A program made the position numbers and the translations under genes. A DNA stretch of 63,808 bases, the filler included. It is 6 parts of 6 records of this genome, joined end to end, with 100 filler letters (N's around TTAATTAATTAA, not from the genome) between each part and the next. Parts side by side here need not be neighbours in the genome. Positions count along the whole stretch, not along the records: positions 1 to 24,299 come from DRR723986_13266; 5 more parts are not named here. One strand, 5' to 3'. This document shows positions 8,540 to 19,800 of this stretch, one piece after another. Position 1 is the first letter of the stretch. Every line of letters begins with the position of its first letter. The notes under the pieces were generated by a model. That model did not search any database. It was given only the letters and a program-made list of their open reading frames with translations, and had not been told where the DNA came from.

Positions 8540-11500
8540 GTGAACAACAGCAGGACCATAATTTCGATTGCCCGCAAAGTTTCAAGGAATCCTGTCCTGG
8601 CGCTGAGCGTCATTCTGCGCGCCACCCTGTTGGTGGCCTTGTTAACAGTCATGGGCTCACAGCTTTGTGAAGCGGGAACACGGACTGTTAACAATCACCT
8701 GGACGATGGCAGTGACGGAACTCTGCGACGCGAAATCGCACTTGCCGGCGAGGGTGACAGAATACTTATCTCTACAAATACACAGATCGAACTAACAGCG
8801 GGTGAGATTAGAATATCGACGAACCTGCAAATTGATGTGCAGTCGATCAGTCAGGCCTCAATTTCGACTCTTAACGGTTCGCGCATTTTTCGTATTTCGC
8901 GAAGTACGGTCACCTTTGCGAACTTGATGCTTCGCGATGCAGACAGTGGTGATAACGGCGGAAGCATATTGGTTTTTGATGGCAAGGTTCTTTTTACCCA
9001 TTGCACGCTACACAACAACCGGGGTGAAGGAGGTGGTGCAATCTTTATAGACGATGGTAATGTGACACTTGCACATTGCACTGTTTCCAGCAATAGTTCC
9101 AGCGAAGACGGCGGTGCAATCTACCTTGAAACTGGCAAGCTGAATATTCAGAATAGCGTATTAACAGGTAACCAGACCACCAGCGCAAATGGCGGCGCCT
9201 TATTTGTACAATCCGGAGATGCCACAATTGCAAATACTACGGTTGCCCACTGTTCAGCCAACAATGGCGGTGCAATTTATGCAGATGAAAAGACCATACT
9301 GAACTTAACATCGAGTACTATCGAACACTGCACAAGCTCTGGTGACGGTGGCGCGATTTACCTGCAAAACGACTCTGACGATGATGACATCAACTTGCAG
9401 ATCAACTGCTGCAAGTTTGACTCCAACAGCGCCGGACAAAACGGTGGAGCCCTCTACTCTGAAGGCGCAGCAGATGTACAGATTACAATCAGCAATAGTT
9501 TATGGATGAATAATTCTTGCGGTGCGGATGGTGGCGCCATTCAAACACAGAGTGAGGGATATTGTCATATAACACAGTCTACGTTTACGAGCAATCATTC
9601 GGACGGTGATGGCGGGGCGATTTCTACCGGCGAAAGTAGCAGCCCCGCTATGCAGTTGATCAACTGTACGCTGTTTAACAATCAGGCGGATGGCGACGGT
9701 GGAGCCATGTTTTGTCCCCTGGCAGAGACCGTATTTGTTAGTTCTTCAACGATACACGTGAATACTTGCGACGCAGATATGAATGGCAATGGCAGCGGTG
9801 GCGGAATTCATGCCGAAGCCCTATACATCTCCAGTTCAATCGTTGCGGGTAATTCGGACACAGGTGATGAACTGCCAGATATCAGCGGGGAAATTATTTC
9901 AGAGGGCAACAACCTGATTGGAAACGTTGGTGACCTTGATTGGATCGAAAATACCGCTGGAGATCGTTATGGAGATCCACGTGGCACAACGAGTCCAGAC
10001 AGACAAGCTTTTGAGTCTTCCAGCAATATCGACGCAATGCTCGGAGCCTTCGCAGACTATGGCGGCAAAACCCCGAGTCTGGCACTTAAACCGGCAAGTT
10101 CGGCTATCGATAATTCGAAACTCGCCGGCGCAGGATTCTTGGACCAACGCGGTGTGGTGCGAACAGGTCTTTCAGATATTGGCGCATTTGAATTTTCGAG
10201 CGCCGCCAGCCTGAGGGTCAGCGCCATCAGTCCAGGCGCGACTCTTGAAAGTGGTCAACCAGTTAACATCTGTTTTGAAGCCGTAGACATAAATGGCAAC
10301 CCGGCGATTGTGGCAACAAATACAACAGTGCAACTCACATGGAACACATCGAACCTGACACTGCTGCAGGGCAGCTCTGAAGCAGTGATTGAGCATTCAG
10401 CGACAAAAACAACTGTGCGGATTGGCAATTTGAGCGGAGCGGCTCTCAGCACGCGATTCTCGCTGACGGTTGTAAGCGGTCAGTCACTGATTGCAACGAG
10501 TCTTACCTTAACACTTGGCGCGAATCAGACGCCGCAGATTACGGCGAGTACAACGGTTGTAGCGGCGATTGAAGACATCAGCACAACATTGAGCATTACA
10601 ATTGGCGACACCGAGTCCGCAACGGGCAGTCTGCTGTTAAGCGCAACATCCGATAATCAGACGCTGCTGCCGGATGCCAACATTGTCCAGTTCGGTGCAA
10701 CTGCGGCGACGAGTCAATTTACAGCAAACTTGGCTGCCAACCAGTTCGGCAGCGTTAATGTTACCATTAGCGTAAATGACGGAGTAACAAGTTCCACGAC
10801 AACGATTACGATCAACGTTCAAGCCGTGAATGACGCACCACAGATCAGTACGCTGACGAGCGCGGTCTTCATGGATGAAGACAGTGCAACGAGTATTAAC
10901 ATCAGCATCAGTGACATTGACAATCCAGTGGCAAGTTTGTGGGTCAGCGCAACATCTGCAGATCAATCGATTCTCAGTGATGCGGCAATTGTGCAGCAGG
11001 GCGCGACCAGCGCCAGCCTAAGTTTCCTTTTGACACCGGAGCCGAACACTTTTGGCACAGTGCAGGTATTTTTGACTGTACGCGATCAGGACAATTTGAG
11101 TTCAGTGACGAGTGTAATGGTCGCTGTCGCAAATGTTAACGACCCGCCAACGATGACAACAATTGCGGACCTGGTGATCACTGATGCAAGTGTGCATGTG
11201 CGAACGTTTACGCTGGTGGACATCGACGATGCTCCCGGAACACTTTTTGTGAATGCGACTTCAAGCAACCAGGACATTCTGTTTGACTTTGGGATTAACA
11301 TATTTTCGTCGGGAAACACCGTCAGCTTGTTCATTTCACCCGAATGCACGGAAGGCACGGTGGAAGTCTCAGTTGATGCAAGCGATTCCGGTTCGTTAAC
11401 AACAAGTGCGAGTTTTACGCTTACAGTCATAAATCCGCCGGCGCTTGATATTAGCGGCGCAACTTCTGCCTGCGCAGGCGGAGTATTTACATACACGGCA

Positions 11501-13678
11501 ACTCCACCAATAGCGAGTGCGAATAATTTTTGGGCGGTAACCGGCGGTACGATTATTGGTAGCCAGACAAGTGCAAGTGTAAACGTCAGCTGGAATCATC
11601 AAACGAGCGGTGCCGGAATATGTGAGCTGACCTTGGCGCGCATATACGACACAGGGTGTTTTACATCTACGACATTGATTGTTCAGCCGCAGCCCTTTCA
11701 GGCGGTTCTTGACTTTACGACGGCAACGAGTACTGCAGCACTTGTGATTCCAGTGCTCTTGAATGATCTGGGCGATGCATTGATTGTGGATAGCGTGACG
11801 GCTGCCAGCGGCGGCACAGTTATAGTTACGAACAACTCGCTTGTGTACACGCCCGATGGCGTTTTTAGCGGCAGTGAGTTTCTGACGTATACAATCAGCA
11901 ATCCACAGGGCTGCAGCAGTACAGGAGCAATTGTCATTGCGGTTGAAGGAAGTGCTGAAAGCGTTAACATCGAGTATATCACTCGATACAAAGACCGCAA
12001 GAGCGGTATTCGTGGACTAAGGCGCGCCGTTGCAACGGCCGTCAGTCCAGACGGTAAACATGTCTACGCGGCGGGACGAAGCGATCATTCGATCGCAATC
12101 TTTAGTCGTGAGAACAGCGATGGAGAATTAACATATCTGAAACGCGTACGCAACCGGCGCAATGGCGTTACGGGCCTGAAATATGTCTCGGACATTGTTT
12201 GCAGTCCCAACGGACGTTTTGTCTTTGCGGTGGGCTACGGTGACGATGCGCTCGTGGCATTTGAACGCAATCCGGCGAGCGGTGATTTACAATTCCTGGA
12301 CAGGCTCAAACAAGGGCAGAATAATTTGTCAACTGTGGTTGATGGAATGCGCCGTCCTCGCGCTTTGGCGCTCAGCCCGGACGGACGCAATATTTATGTG
12401 GCGAGCTTCAGCAACAATGCTCTGGCGGTTTTTAGTTTTAATGATTTGAGTAAACAACTTGAGTTTCGCGAACACCACGTAGATGGCATTGGCAGTGATG
12501 GTTTGCGCCGAGCAGTCTGCGTCGCGGTAAGTCCGGACGGAAGGAATGTTTTTGTGGCTGGCTCGGGAGACAATGCGCTGGCGGTGTTTGACCGCAATGT
12601 TATCGATGGATCGCTAGGTTTTAACGCGGACTATCGCGATGCGCAAGCGGGAATTGACGGCCTGGCTGGTGCAGCAGCCGTGGCCTTGAGTCCCGACGGC
12701 AGCAGCGTTTATGTGGCCGGCATGCAGGATGATGCAATTGCACTGTTCAGCCGCCTTCCACAAAGTGGTGCTTTAACATTCATCGATCTGGTAAAAGACG
12801 GTGGAAACGGAGTTGACGGCCTCAATGGAGTTGCGGATTTGAGCGTGAGTCCTGATGGCAGTCACCTTTGGAGCGCCGGCAGTGTCGATAATGCCCTGGC
12901 AGTATTTAAACGCAACCCAGAGTCAGGTGAGTTAAACTACCGTGAGCAAAAACGCGATGGCCATGATGGCGTTGACGGCCTGCGCGCGGCGCAGAACATT
13001 ACAATCAGCCCGGACAGCAGACACATTTACTGCGCGGCGCCACTTGACAATGCCGTCTCGGTGTTTTTCCGCAACCGCAGTCCAGAGGCCGTAGCGGATC
13101 TGGCAGGTGCTGCAGCTAAAAACACCATCCTGGAAATTGATGTTTTAGACAACGACAGTGATCCTGACCAGCACAGCCTGGACTTTGTATCAACAACAGA
13201 TGGAACTCTCGGAACCGTACGCACAACACGCTTAGGAAGGATAGAATATTCAGCTGGAGCAACGACGGGCGCCGATGAGTTTACATACACTATCGAAGAC
13301 GGCCACGGCGGAAGTTCAACGGCAACGGTGATTGTGCAAGTCGTTAATGCCAAAGCCGGCAGCGGGCTGAGTCCGACTCTAAGCATGTACACAGAAAATG
13401 GTTTAAGTCTTTCGCCGAATCCGGCGCAGAAAAACACTCTGCTGAGTTTTAGACTGGAGAAAGGCGCAAGTGTCAGGCTCACAGTCACAGATATGCGTGG
13501 CGTTAAACAGCGCAGCATTGAATTGGGCAGCCTACCTGCCGGTGAAAACATTCAAACGCTTGAACTACTTAGCGACAGCGGTTCGGGATTGCCGGCCGGA
13601 ACATACATGGTTGAATTGAGTTTACAGACGGGCGATACAGCGGAGCAAACAATAAACTCACAATTGATAATCAGATAG
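8540..13678 (+). CDS. Giant T9SS-cargo surface protein: Pmp-like GGA(I/L) beta-helix, choice-of-anchor-Q-like domain, cadherin-like Ig repeats, PKD-like, Big_9, 7-blade lactonase-type propeller, Big_9, T9SS CTD
   Basis: Signal peptide; about 11 GG[AGS][ILM] repeats; DQRG...DIGAFE; VNDAP/VNDPP linkers; seven SPxG-type blades; LSPNP...LPAGTYMV; GTG start after AGGGAG. Confidence 0.88.
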   Translation: MNNSRTIISIARKVSRNPVLALSVILRATLLVALLTVMGSQLCEAGTRTVNNHLDDGSDGTLRREIALAGEGDRILISTNTQIELTAGEIRISTNLQIDVQSISQASISTLNGSRIFRISRSTVTFANLMLRDADSGDNGGSILVFDGKVLFTHCTLHNNRGEGGGAIFIDDGNVTLAHCTVSSNSSSEDGGAIYLETGKLNIQNSVLTGNQTTSANGGALFVQSGDATIANTTVAHCSANNGGAIYADEKTILNLTSSTIEHCTSSGDGGAIYLQNDSDDDDINLQINCCKFDSNSAGQNGGALYSEGAADVQITISNSLWMNNSCGADGGAIQTQSEGYCHITQSTFTSNHSDGDGGAISTGESSSPAMQLINCTLFNNQADGDGGAMFCPLAETVFVSSSTIHVNTCDADMNGNGSGGGIHAEALYISSSIVAGNSDTGDELPDISGEIISEGNNLIGNVGDLDWIENTAGDRYGDPRGTTSPDRQAFESSSNIDAMLGAFADYGGKTPSLALKPASSAIDNSKLAGAGFLDQRGVVRTGLSDIGAFEFSSAASLRVSAISPGATLESGQPVNICFEAVDINGNPAIVATNTTVQLTWNTSNLTLLQGSSEAVIEHSATKTTVRIGNLSGAALSTRFSLTVVSGQSLIATSLTLTLGANQTPQITASTTVVAAIEDISTTLSITIGDTESATGSLLLSATSDNQTLLPDANIVQFGATAATSQFTANLAANQFGSVNVTISVNDGVTSSTTTITINVQAVNDAPQISTLTSAVFMDEDSATSINISISDIDNPVASLWVSATSADQSILSDAAIVQQGATSASLSFLLTPEPNTFGTVQVFLTVRDQDNLSSVTSVMVAVANVNDPPTMTTIADLVITDASVHVRTFTLVDIDDAPGTLFVNATSSNQDILFDFGINIFSSGNTVSLFISPECTEGTVEVSVDASDSGSLTTSASFTLTVINPPALDISGATSACAGGVFTYTATPPIASANNFWAVTGGTIIGSQTSASVNVSWNHQTSGAGICELTLARIYDTGCFTSTTLIVQPQPFQAVLDFTTATSTAALVIPVLLNDLGDALIVDSVTAASGGTVIVTNNSLVYTPDGVFSGSEFLTYTISNPQGCSSTGAIVIAVEGSAESVNIEYITRYKDRKSGIRGLRRAVATAVSPDGKHVYAAGRSDHSIAIFSRENSDGELTYLKRVRNRRNGVTGLKYVSDIVCSPNGRFVFAVGYGDDALVAFERNPASGDLQFLDRLKQGQNNLSTVVDGMRRPRALALSPDGRNIYVASFSNNALAVFSFNDLSKQLEFREHHVDGIGSDGLRRAVCVAVSPDGRNVFVAGSGDNALAVFDRNVIDGSLGFNADYRDAQAGIDGLAGAAAVALSPDGSSVYVAGMQDDAIALFSRLPQSGALTFIDLVKDGGNGVDGLNGVADLSVSPDGSHLWSAGSVDNALAVFKRNPESGELNYREQKRDGHDGVDGLRAAQNITISPDSRHIYCAAPLDNAVSVFFRNRSPEAVADLAGAAAKNTILEIDVLDNDSDPDQHSLDFVSTTDGTLGTVRTTRLGRIEYSAGATTGADEFTYTIEDGHGGSSTATVIVQVVNAKAGSGLSPTLSMYTENGLSLSPNPAQKNTLLSFRLEKGASVRLTVTDMRGVKQRSIELGSLPAGENIQTLELLSDSGSGLPAGTYMVELSLQTGDTAEQTINSQLIIR

Positions 13679-13899
13679 GTTTAAGGCTACGTGAACTACT
13701 CCGGCCTTGAACACAGCGTGAATTAGCAATATCTAACTGACTTTACACTTGCGGTTCAGAGCAAAACAAGAAGCTCATAAAAGCCTGAGATGCCCCTGTA
13801 GTTTTGTTCAAAGGGGCAGCTCAAAGCGATCATAACAACAAACAGCATTTTGGCAGCTTAACAATAGACCATTCTGATTGTGCCTACAAGGAGAAGACT

Positions 13900-16800
13900 A
13901 TGAACTCTCGTACCATGCGAGTGCCGGCAGCCCTTGCCATACTATTTAGCTGCATTTGGCTACAAAGCGCTCAGGCAGCAACTATTACGGTACATTCAGC
14001 AAATGATTCCGGGCCGGGCACATTGCGCCAGGCCGTACTGGATGCAACAGCCGGTGACGAGATTAACATTTCGGCGTCGATAGCGACTATCACACTGGCG
14101 TCGAATATTCAGATTTCCAAGAATCTCAAAATAGTAGGCAATGGCGCGGACGCAACTACAATTTCCGGCGGTGGCAGTGCGCAATTATTCCATGTTAACT
14201 CTGGTGTGGCGCAACTTGTACGCCTGAGGCTGGATGATGGTCGCGGGGGCGAAGAAAGCTGGGTGAATGGCGGCTTAACATACCTGGGCGGTGGCGCAGT
14301 GTTTCACGACGGTGGTACTTTAACAATTAGAGATTGCGAAATCACAAACAACAGTAGCGCTGCGGGCAATGGATCTACGAGTTTTGACTATGGTGGAGCA
14401 ATTTTTGCGCGCGGCACGGGTACACTTAACCTACGGCGCTGCCTGTTTAGCGGAAACTCTGTAGCAGGAACTGGCAGCGTTGGCGGTGGGGCGGTCAATA
14501 TCTTTGGCTCAGTTATTGTTAACATTAAAAACTGCACCTTTCACGACAACACTTCACCGGCAGAGGGTGGCGGAATTCGCATCGAGACTATTCCCAGCCC
14601 TTCATTCCCAGACATCAATGTTGTTAACTCGACCTTCTTTGACAACAGCGGCACGGGTTCAACGTTAGCCGAAGACATTCACAAACTTGGCAATGGCGGT
14701 AGTTTGGCAGTGCAGAACAACATTTTTAATCGTAGTTCCGGCAGTGGAATTCGAACGCTTGTATTCAGTGGCAGCGGAACAAAAACTTCGCTTGGCGGCA
14801 ACATTTTCCGTGATTCACCTGGTATTCAAACAATTGCCGGCGACGACATTCTTGGAGGAAATAGCAGCGCCGGACTGAGTGGAATCTTAAGTGCAAATGG
14901 CGGCGGGGTTCGTACGATAGCAATCAGCAGCAGCGCTTCTCTTGCTACGGGATTCGGAACAACTGGGTTTGGAGAGCCCGGTCTAGATAGCCGGCGATTC
15001 AAACGTAATGATAGGGCCATTGACGCAGGCGCTTATGAATTCGGCGCCGCATTTTCGTACTTAACATTAACACCAAACGACAACACTTCACTGGTTGCGA
15101 CGACTGCGAACCTCAGTATCACCTTTGCACATAACACGACAGTTTCAAGCGGCACAGTCACAATTCGGCGTAGTTCGGACGATGCAGTGGTCCAGACAAT
15201 CGCGAGTTCTCAAGTTTCGGGCTCCGGCAGCAAGGTAATTACGATTGACCCTCCGGTGGACTTTGCAAGTAACACCGAATTGTATGTTCAAATTCCGGGC
15301 CCCCTGTTTACCGGTCCAAATTCGAGTACCTGGGCGGGAATAAGTGACAAAACTGAATGGAACTTCTCGACGGGCGTGCTGCCGAACCTCCCGCCGATAA
15401 TTGGTACTACAAACACCATGGCCACAATGTTTGCCAGTCAGAGCATTAACATTTATGTCTCTGTTTCCGATCCAATTACAGTGACATCGGGCCTGGTGCT
15501 GACGGCAAGCTCCTCAGACGTCAGCCTCGTTCCGACTTCGCACATTGTACAGGTGGGGTTAACGAGTGCAACAACTTGTTTTAGTGTATCTGCGGCGAAC
15601 GTCAGCGCTCAGGGAGAAGTTACAATTGAATTTACAGTGCGTGATCCAGACGGCGCAGTTGCTACGACCAGCATTTCGGTTAACATACGACCGGACTTGC
15701 CGACGAAATTTGCGTTCGATATGGAGGCCGGCAATAAGAATCGGGGCTGGAATCAAGGTGGTGCCGGCGGTTTTTCGGACCGCTTTTTTATTCGGGTCGG
15801 ACCCAATGCCAACCGCGAGTCGGAAGAAATCACGGTAACGTCTGGCACATTTAACGTCTTTAATGTGCTATCCGCACCAGAGTATATTGTCAAGACAGAA
15901 TATGCAAAACAAAGTGATAGTAATCAGCAGATCGTTAGCGACGGCAGCCTCCCAGCAACTGCCACGTTTGGTCCGGGCGTGGCAAGCACGACCAATACGC
16001 TACGGATCACTTATACGAGACGCAGATCTAGAAACAGGCTCCTATTCCTGCGGCATTTCGAATTCGGCGGCGCACAGATTTTGTCCAGTACAGTCGTCAC
16101 AATCAGGGTTGTACTTCCGCCCGCCGTCCAGCTTGGACTGAGTGCAACAACTGGGAACACTTCTGGAGCGACCGGTGCCGGAATCGGCATTGATGGTTTT
16201 AATAATGGTGTGACGGCGCTGATCCCCGGCACGAGTATTAATACACGTGTCACGTCCTATGACGCAGCCAATTACCCAACTGCAGTTGCCAACGATGTTA
16301 AGAACTTGTTTTTTGTCACTGAAACCGTTTCGGCGACATCAGATAATCCGGCGGTTGTGATTAGCGGGAAGACCGGCTTTACGTTAACGGTGCTCGAATC
16401 ATCTGATGCCGGTTTAATGGACATCGCATATTCCGGCAAACGCAGCACGACGGCCAACATCACTTTTGCGCATGATGGTGGTGGATATCTGAGAAGCACG
16501 ACTGTTTCGGTCGTTGTCTTGGGTGATGCGCGCTTCTTGGCGTTTTCAACGCAAAACACAACAGCGCTTGACCAGATAAATAATGGCGACTTAACAGTCA
16601 ATTCAGACGAATTCGTGGATGTTAATTTCGGGACCTTCTCTGATGAGATCTATCTGCGATACACTTCGTCTTCAGTCTGGCTCACGAATCCGCAGCGTTA
16701 TGGCCAGGCTACGCTGAGGATCCTGGACAGTCCAGCGACACCCGATCCGAGCATCAAACCGACGCTTATTGACCAGAGTGGTGATTGGGCTGGCGGCCCT

Positions 16801-19800
16801 GAATTTTCGGCGACACATGCCGTGATTCATCTAAGCTCAACTAATTCTCTGCGTACAGGCGCACTCAAGTTTGACTGGCGCGGTGAAGCAGCAACAACCT
16901 TTACCTTACAACTTAGTGCGGGCGGTGGTATTCAGGAAGGCCTCGGGACACTTTCAACAACCGAAGTGACAGTCACAATCAATCCCCTTCCGCCCATACA
17001 ATTGGCTTTCAGCACAAGTAGTTCGGCCAGCAACGACGGGTTTAACTCTGGCGATGCCTCCGGATTGGGAAATCGCCTGGTTGTACAGGTTGGTGCAAAC
17101 GAAAGACGCGAGTCTCCAGACATCAATGTAGCAATTGGTACTTTTAATGCATTGAACAATCTTAGCCCGGTCACAATCAACAGTGTAACCCAGTTCAATC
17201 TGGAAGGTGGCTTTGGCCCTGCTTCTCTAAGCGGGACTGCGCCGACTCTGTCTGTGAGCAGTGCAACAACGATCGCAACATTTCGACTTGGATTTCCGGG
17301 CCGTTTTGCGCAAACTTTCGACTTGACACTTTCAACGCTTGCCGGTAGCCATGCTGGGCTGGCGAGCACCAGCGTCACCTTAAACATTCTGATTCCGCCG
17401 GCTGTGCAGTTGGGTTTGACTTCAACGTTTGGCAATACTACACTGGCGACCGGCAAGGGCGTATGCATTGATGGTTTTAACGGTGGCGTCACAGAGTTTA
17501 GCGGCACTACTACAGTCAGTGTAATGCTCGCCTCGCTGGATGCGGCGAATTATATTGCCGCAACGGGCAACAGCACATTCCCATTGGCTTTTGTTTCGAC
17601 CACAATCACTGCGAGTGTTGACAATCCGGATTTTGCACTTAGTGGTCCGGGCGGCGCATTGACGCTCGCTTCCAATTTGGCAGTGACAAGTGGTGATTTG
17701 ACGATCACGTATAGTGGCGTAGGCGTGACCAGCGCTGTTATTACTTTTACGCAGCTCAATGGTTCAATGAGTTCGACATCAGTGACGCTTACGATCACGC
17801 CGCGAAAGCCTGTCATATCAACGAGCAACGCCTTTATCACGATGCTGGAGGATCAAAGCACTCAGTTGTATGTGAGTGTTTTTGACCATCAGCACGTGAC
17901 AAGTTTGGTAGTGTTAACGGGCACATCCAGTGACGTGAGTTTAATTGCGAACGACGGCATTGTACAGGCTTCCGGCGCAACAACCGCTATCACTTGTTTT
18001 AGCGTTACTGGAGCGTCAACGAATACAAATGGTACTGTTAACATTACAATCACGGGAACGAACCCCGACACGCAATCGAACTCGACAAGTTTCTCAGTGG
18101 TTATCGTGCCGGTAAACGACATTCCAAGTTTTATTGCAGGTGCGAATGTCTCTGTCGAAGTGGACTCGGGGTTTTATGATTTGCCATTTGCCGGCGCTAT
18201 TAGCGACGGCGACCCAGAGACGGCTCAAATGCTGAGTTTCCATTTACTCGTTGACAATCCAGCATTGTTCAGCACGCAGCCAACAGTCAGTGTAAGTAAT
18301 GGCAACCTTAGTTTTGGTGTTGCACCGGCAACAAGTGGCATTGCCAATGTTTTGATCAGCCTTTCCGATGATGGTGGCACGGACAATGGCGGCATTAACA
18401 CGACGGCGACACAAGCATTTGAAATTGCAGTGAGCAGCCTTAACAAGGCACCGGTCTTCAGCACGGGGCTGAACGTTATTGTCACCGAGGATTCCGGCTC
18501 GTATTCTGCAGCCTTTGCGACCGGCATTGACGATGGTGATCCGTCTACAAGTCAATCACTGACCTTCCACGTTGTGGCGACCAACAGTGCATTGTTTTTG
18601 CAGCAGCCTGCGATTTCCACGACTGGAGAATTGACCTTCACTCCGGCAACAAATGCCAACGGCACAAGCGCGGTACTGGTCAGTTTAAGTGACGACGGGC
18701 CCAATGGCGGCGGGAATGTTAATACTTCGGCAACACAGACTTTTCACATTACAATCACGCCGGTTAATGACGCGCCGACAATTACACAGGTTGGCGCAGT
18801 CAGCATTGATGAGAACAGCACAACAACTCTCAGCTTTTCAATCGCCGACATTGACGACCCAATCAATACTCTGCAAGTGACGGCGACTTCGGCGAATCTT
18901 GCACTCGTGACGAACGGTGGATTTAGCTTCAGTGCAACACAAGCCAGTATGACCATGACCGTCAGGCCCAATTGCGGTGCGGTTGGCACACTTGCCATAG
19001 CCGTGACGGTCAAAGACTGTGGGGCTCCGGCATTAACAAGCACGGCAGTATTTCAGTTAACAGTCAGCGCAGCGCCGTCCTTTGTGATAAGCGGCGATTT
19101 AAGACCCTGCCCACGGGTTCCAGTTGAATATTCGATGCCGGCAACTGTGGGAGCAAACTACAATTGGGAAGTCAACAATGGCATTTTACTTGGTGGTCAG
19201 GGCACAACGATCGCGACCGTAAACTGGGACTCAGGCACAACGGGATCGATCCTGGCTTCGGTCACAACACCAGCCGGCTGTACGTTTAGCAGCTTGATTA
19301 GGGTAACGACATTTAACATTGCAGCCAACACAGATTATGCCTCTACGGGCACAGGAGCGAGCGTGACGTTTAATGTTTTGACGAATGACCTGGGCAATGG
19401 ATTAACACTGATTGGCGCAACGCAGCCTGCACATGGAACACTGGCAACCAGTGCCAGTGGATCCATTACTTACACGCCTGATACAGGCTTTGAGGGTTTT
19501 GATACTTTCAACTATACAATTCGCGATGACAATAGCTGCCTTGAGACTGGCGCCTCGGTGCAGGTGGTCGTGTCAACCGAAGTCGACCGTATTAACCTTT
19601 TCTACGTCGAACGCAAAAAAGACAGAGTTGGCGGTGTGCGCGGCCTGCGCGGAGCACGTGGCACGGCCGTCAGTCCCGACGGCAAACACATCTATGTAGC
19701 CGGACAGCGCGACAATTCGATTGCCTGGTTTGGGCGTTCGCTGATTGACGGCAGCCTGACCTATGTGAATCGCATGCGGCACAACAAAGGAGGCGTTAAG

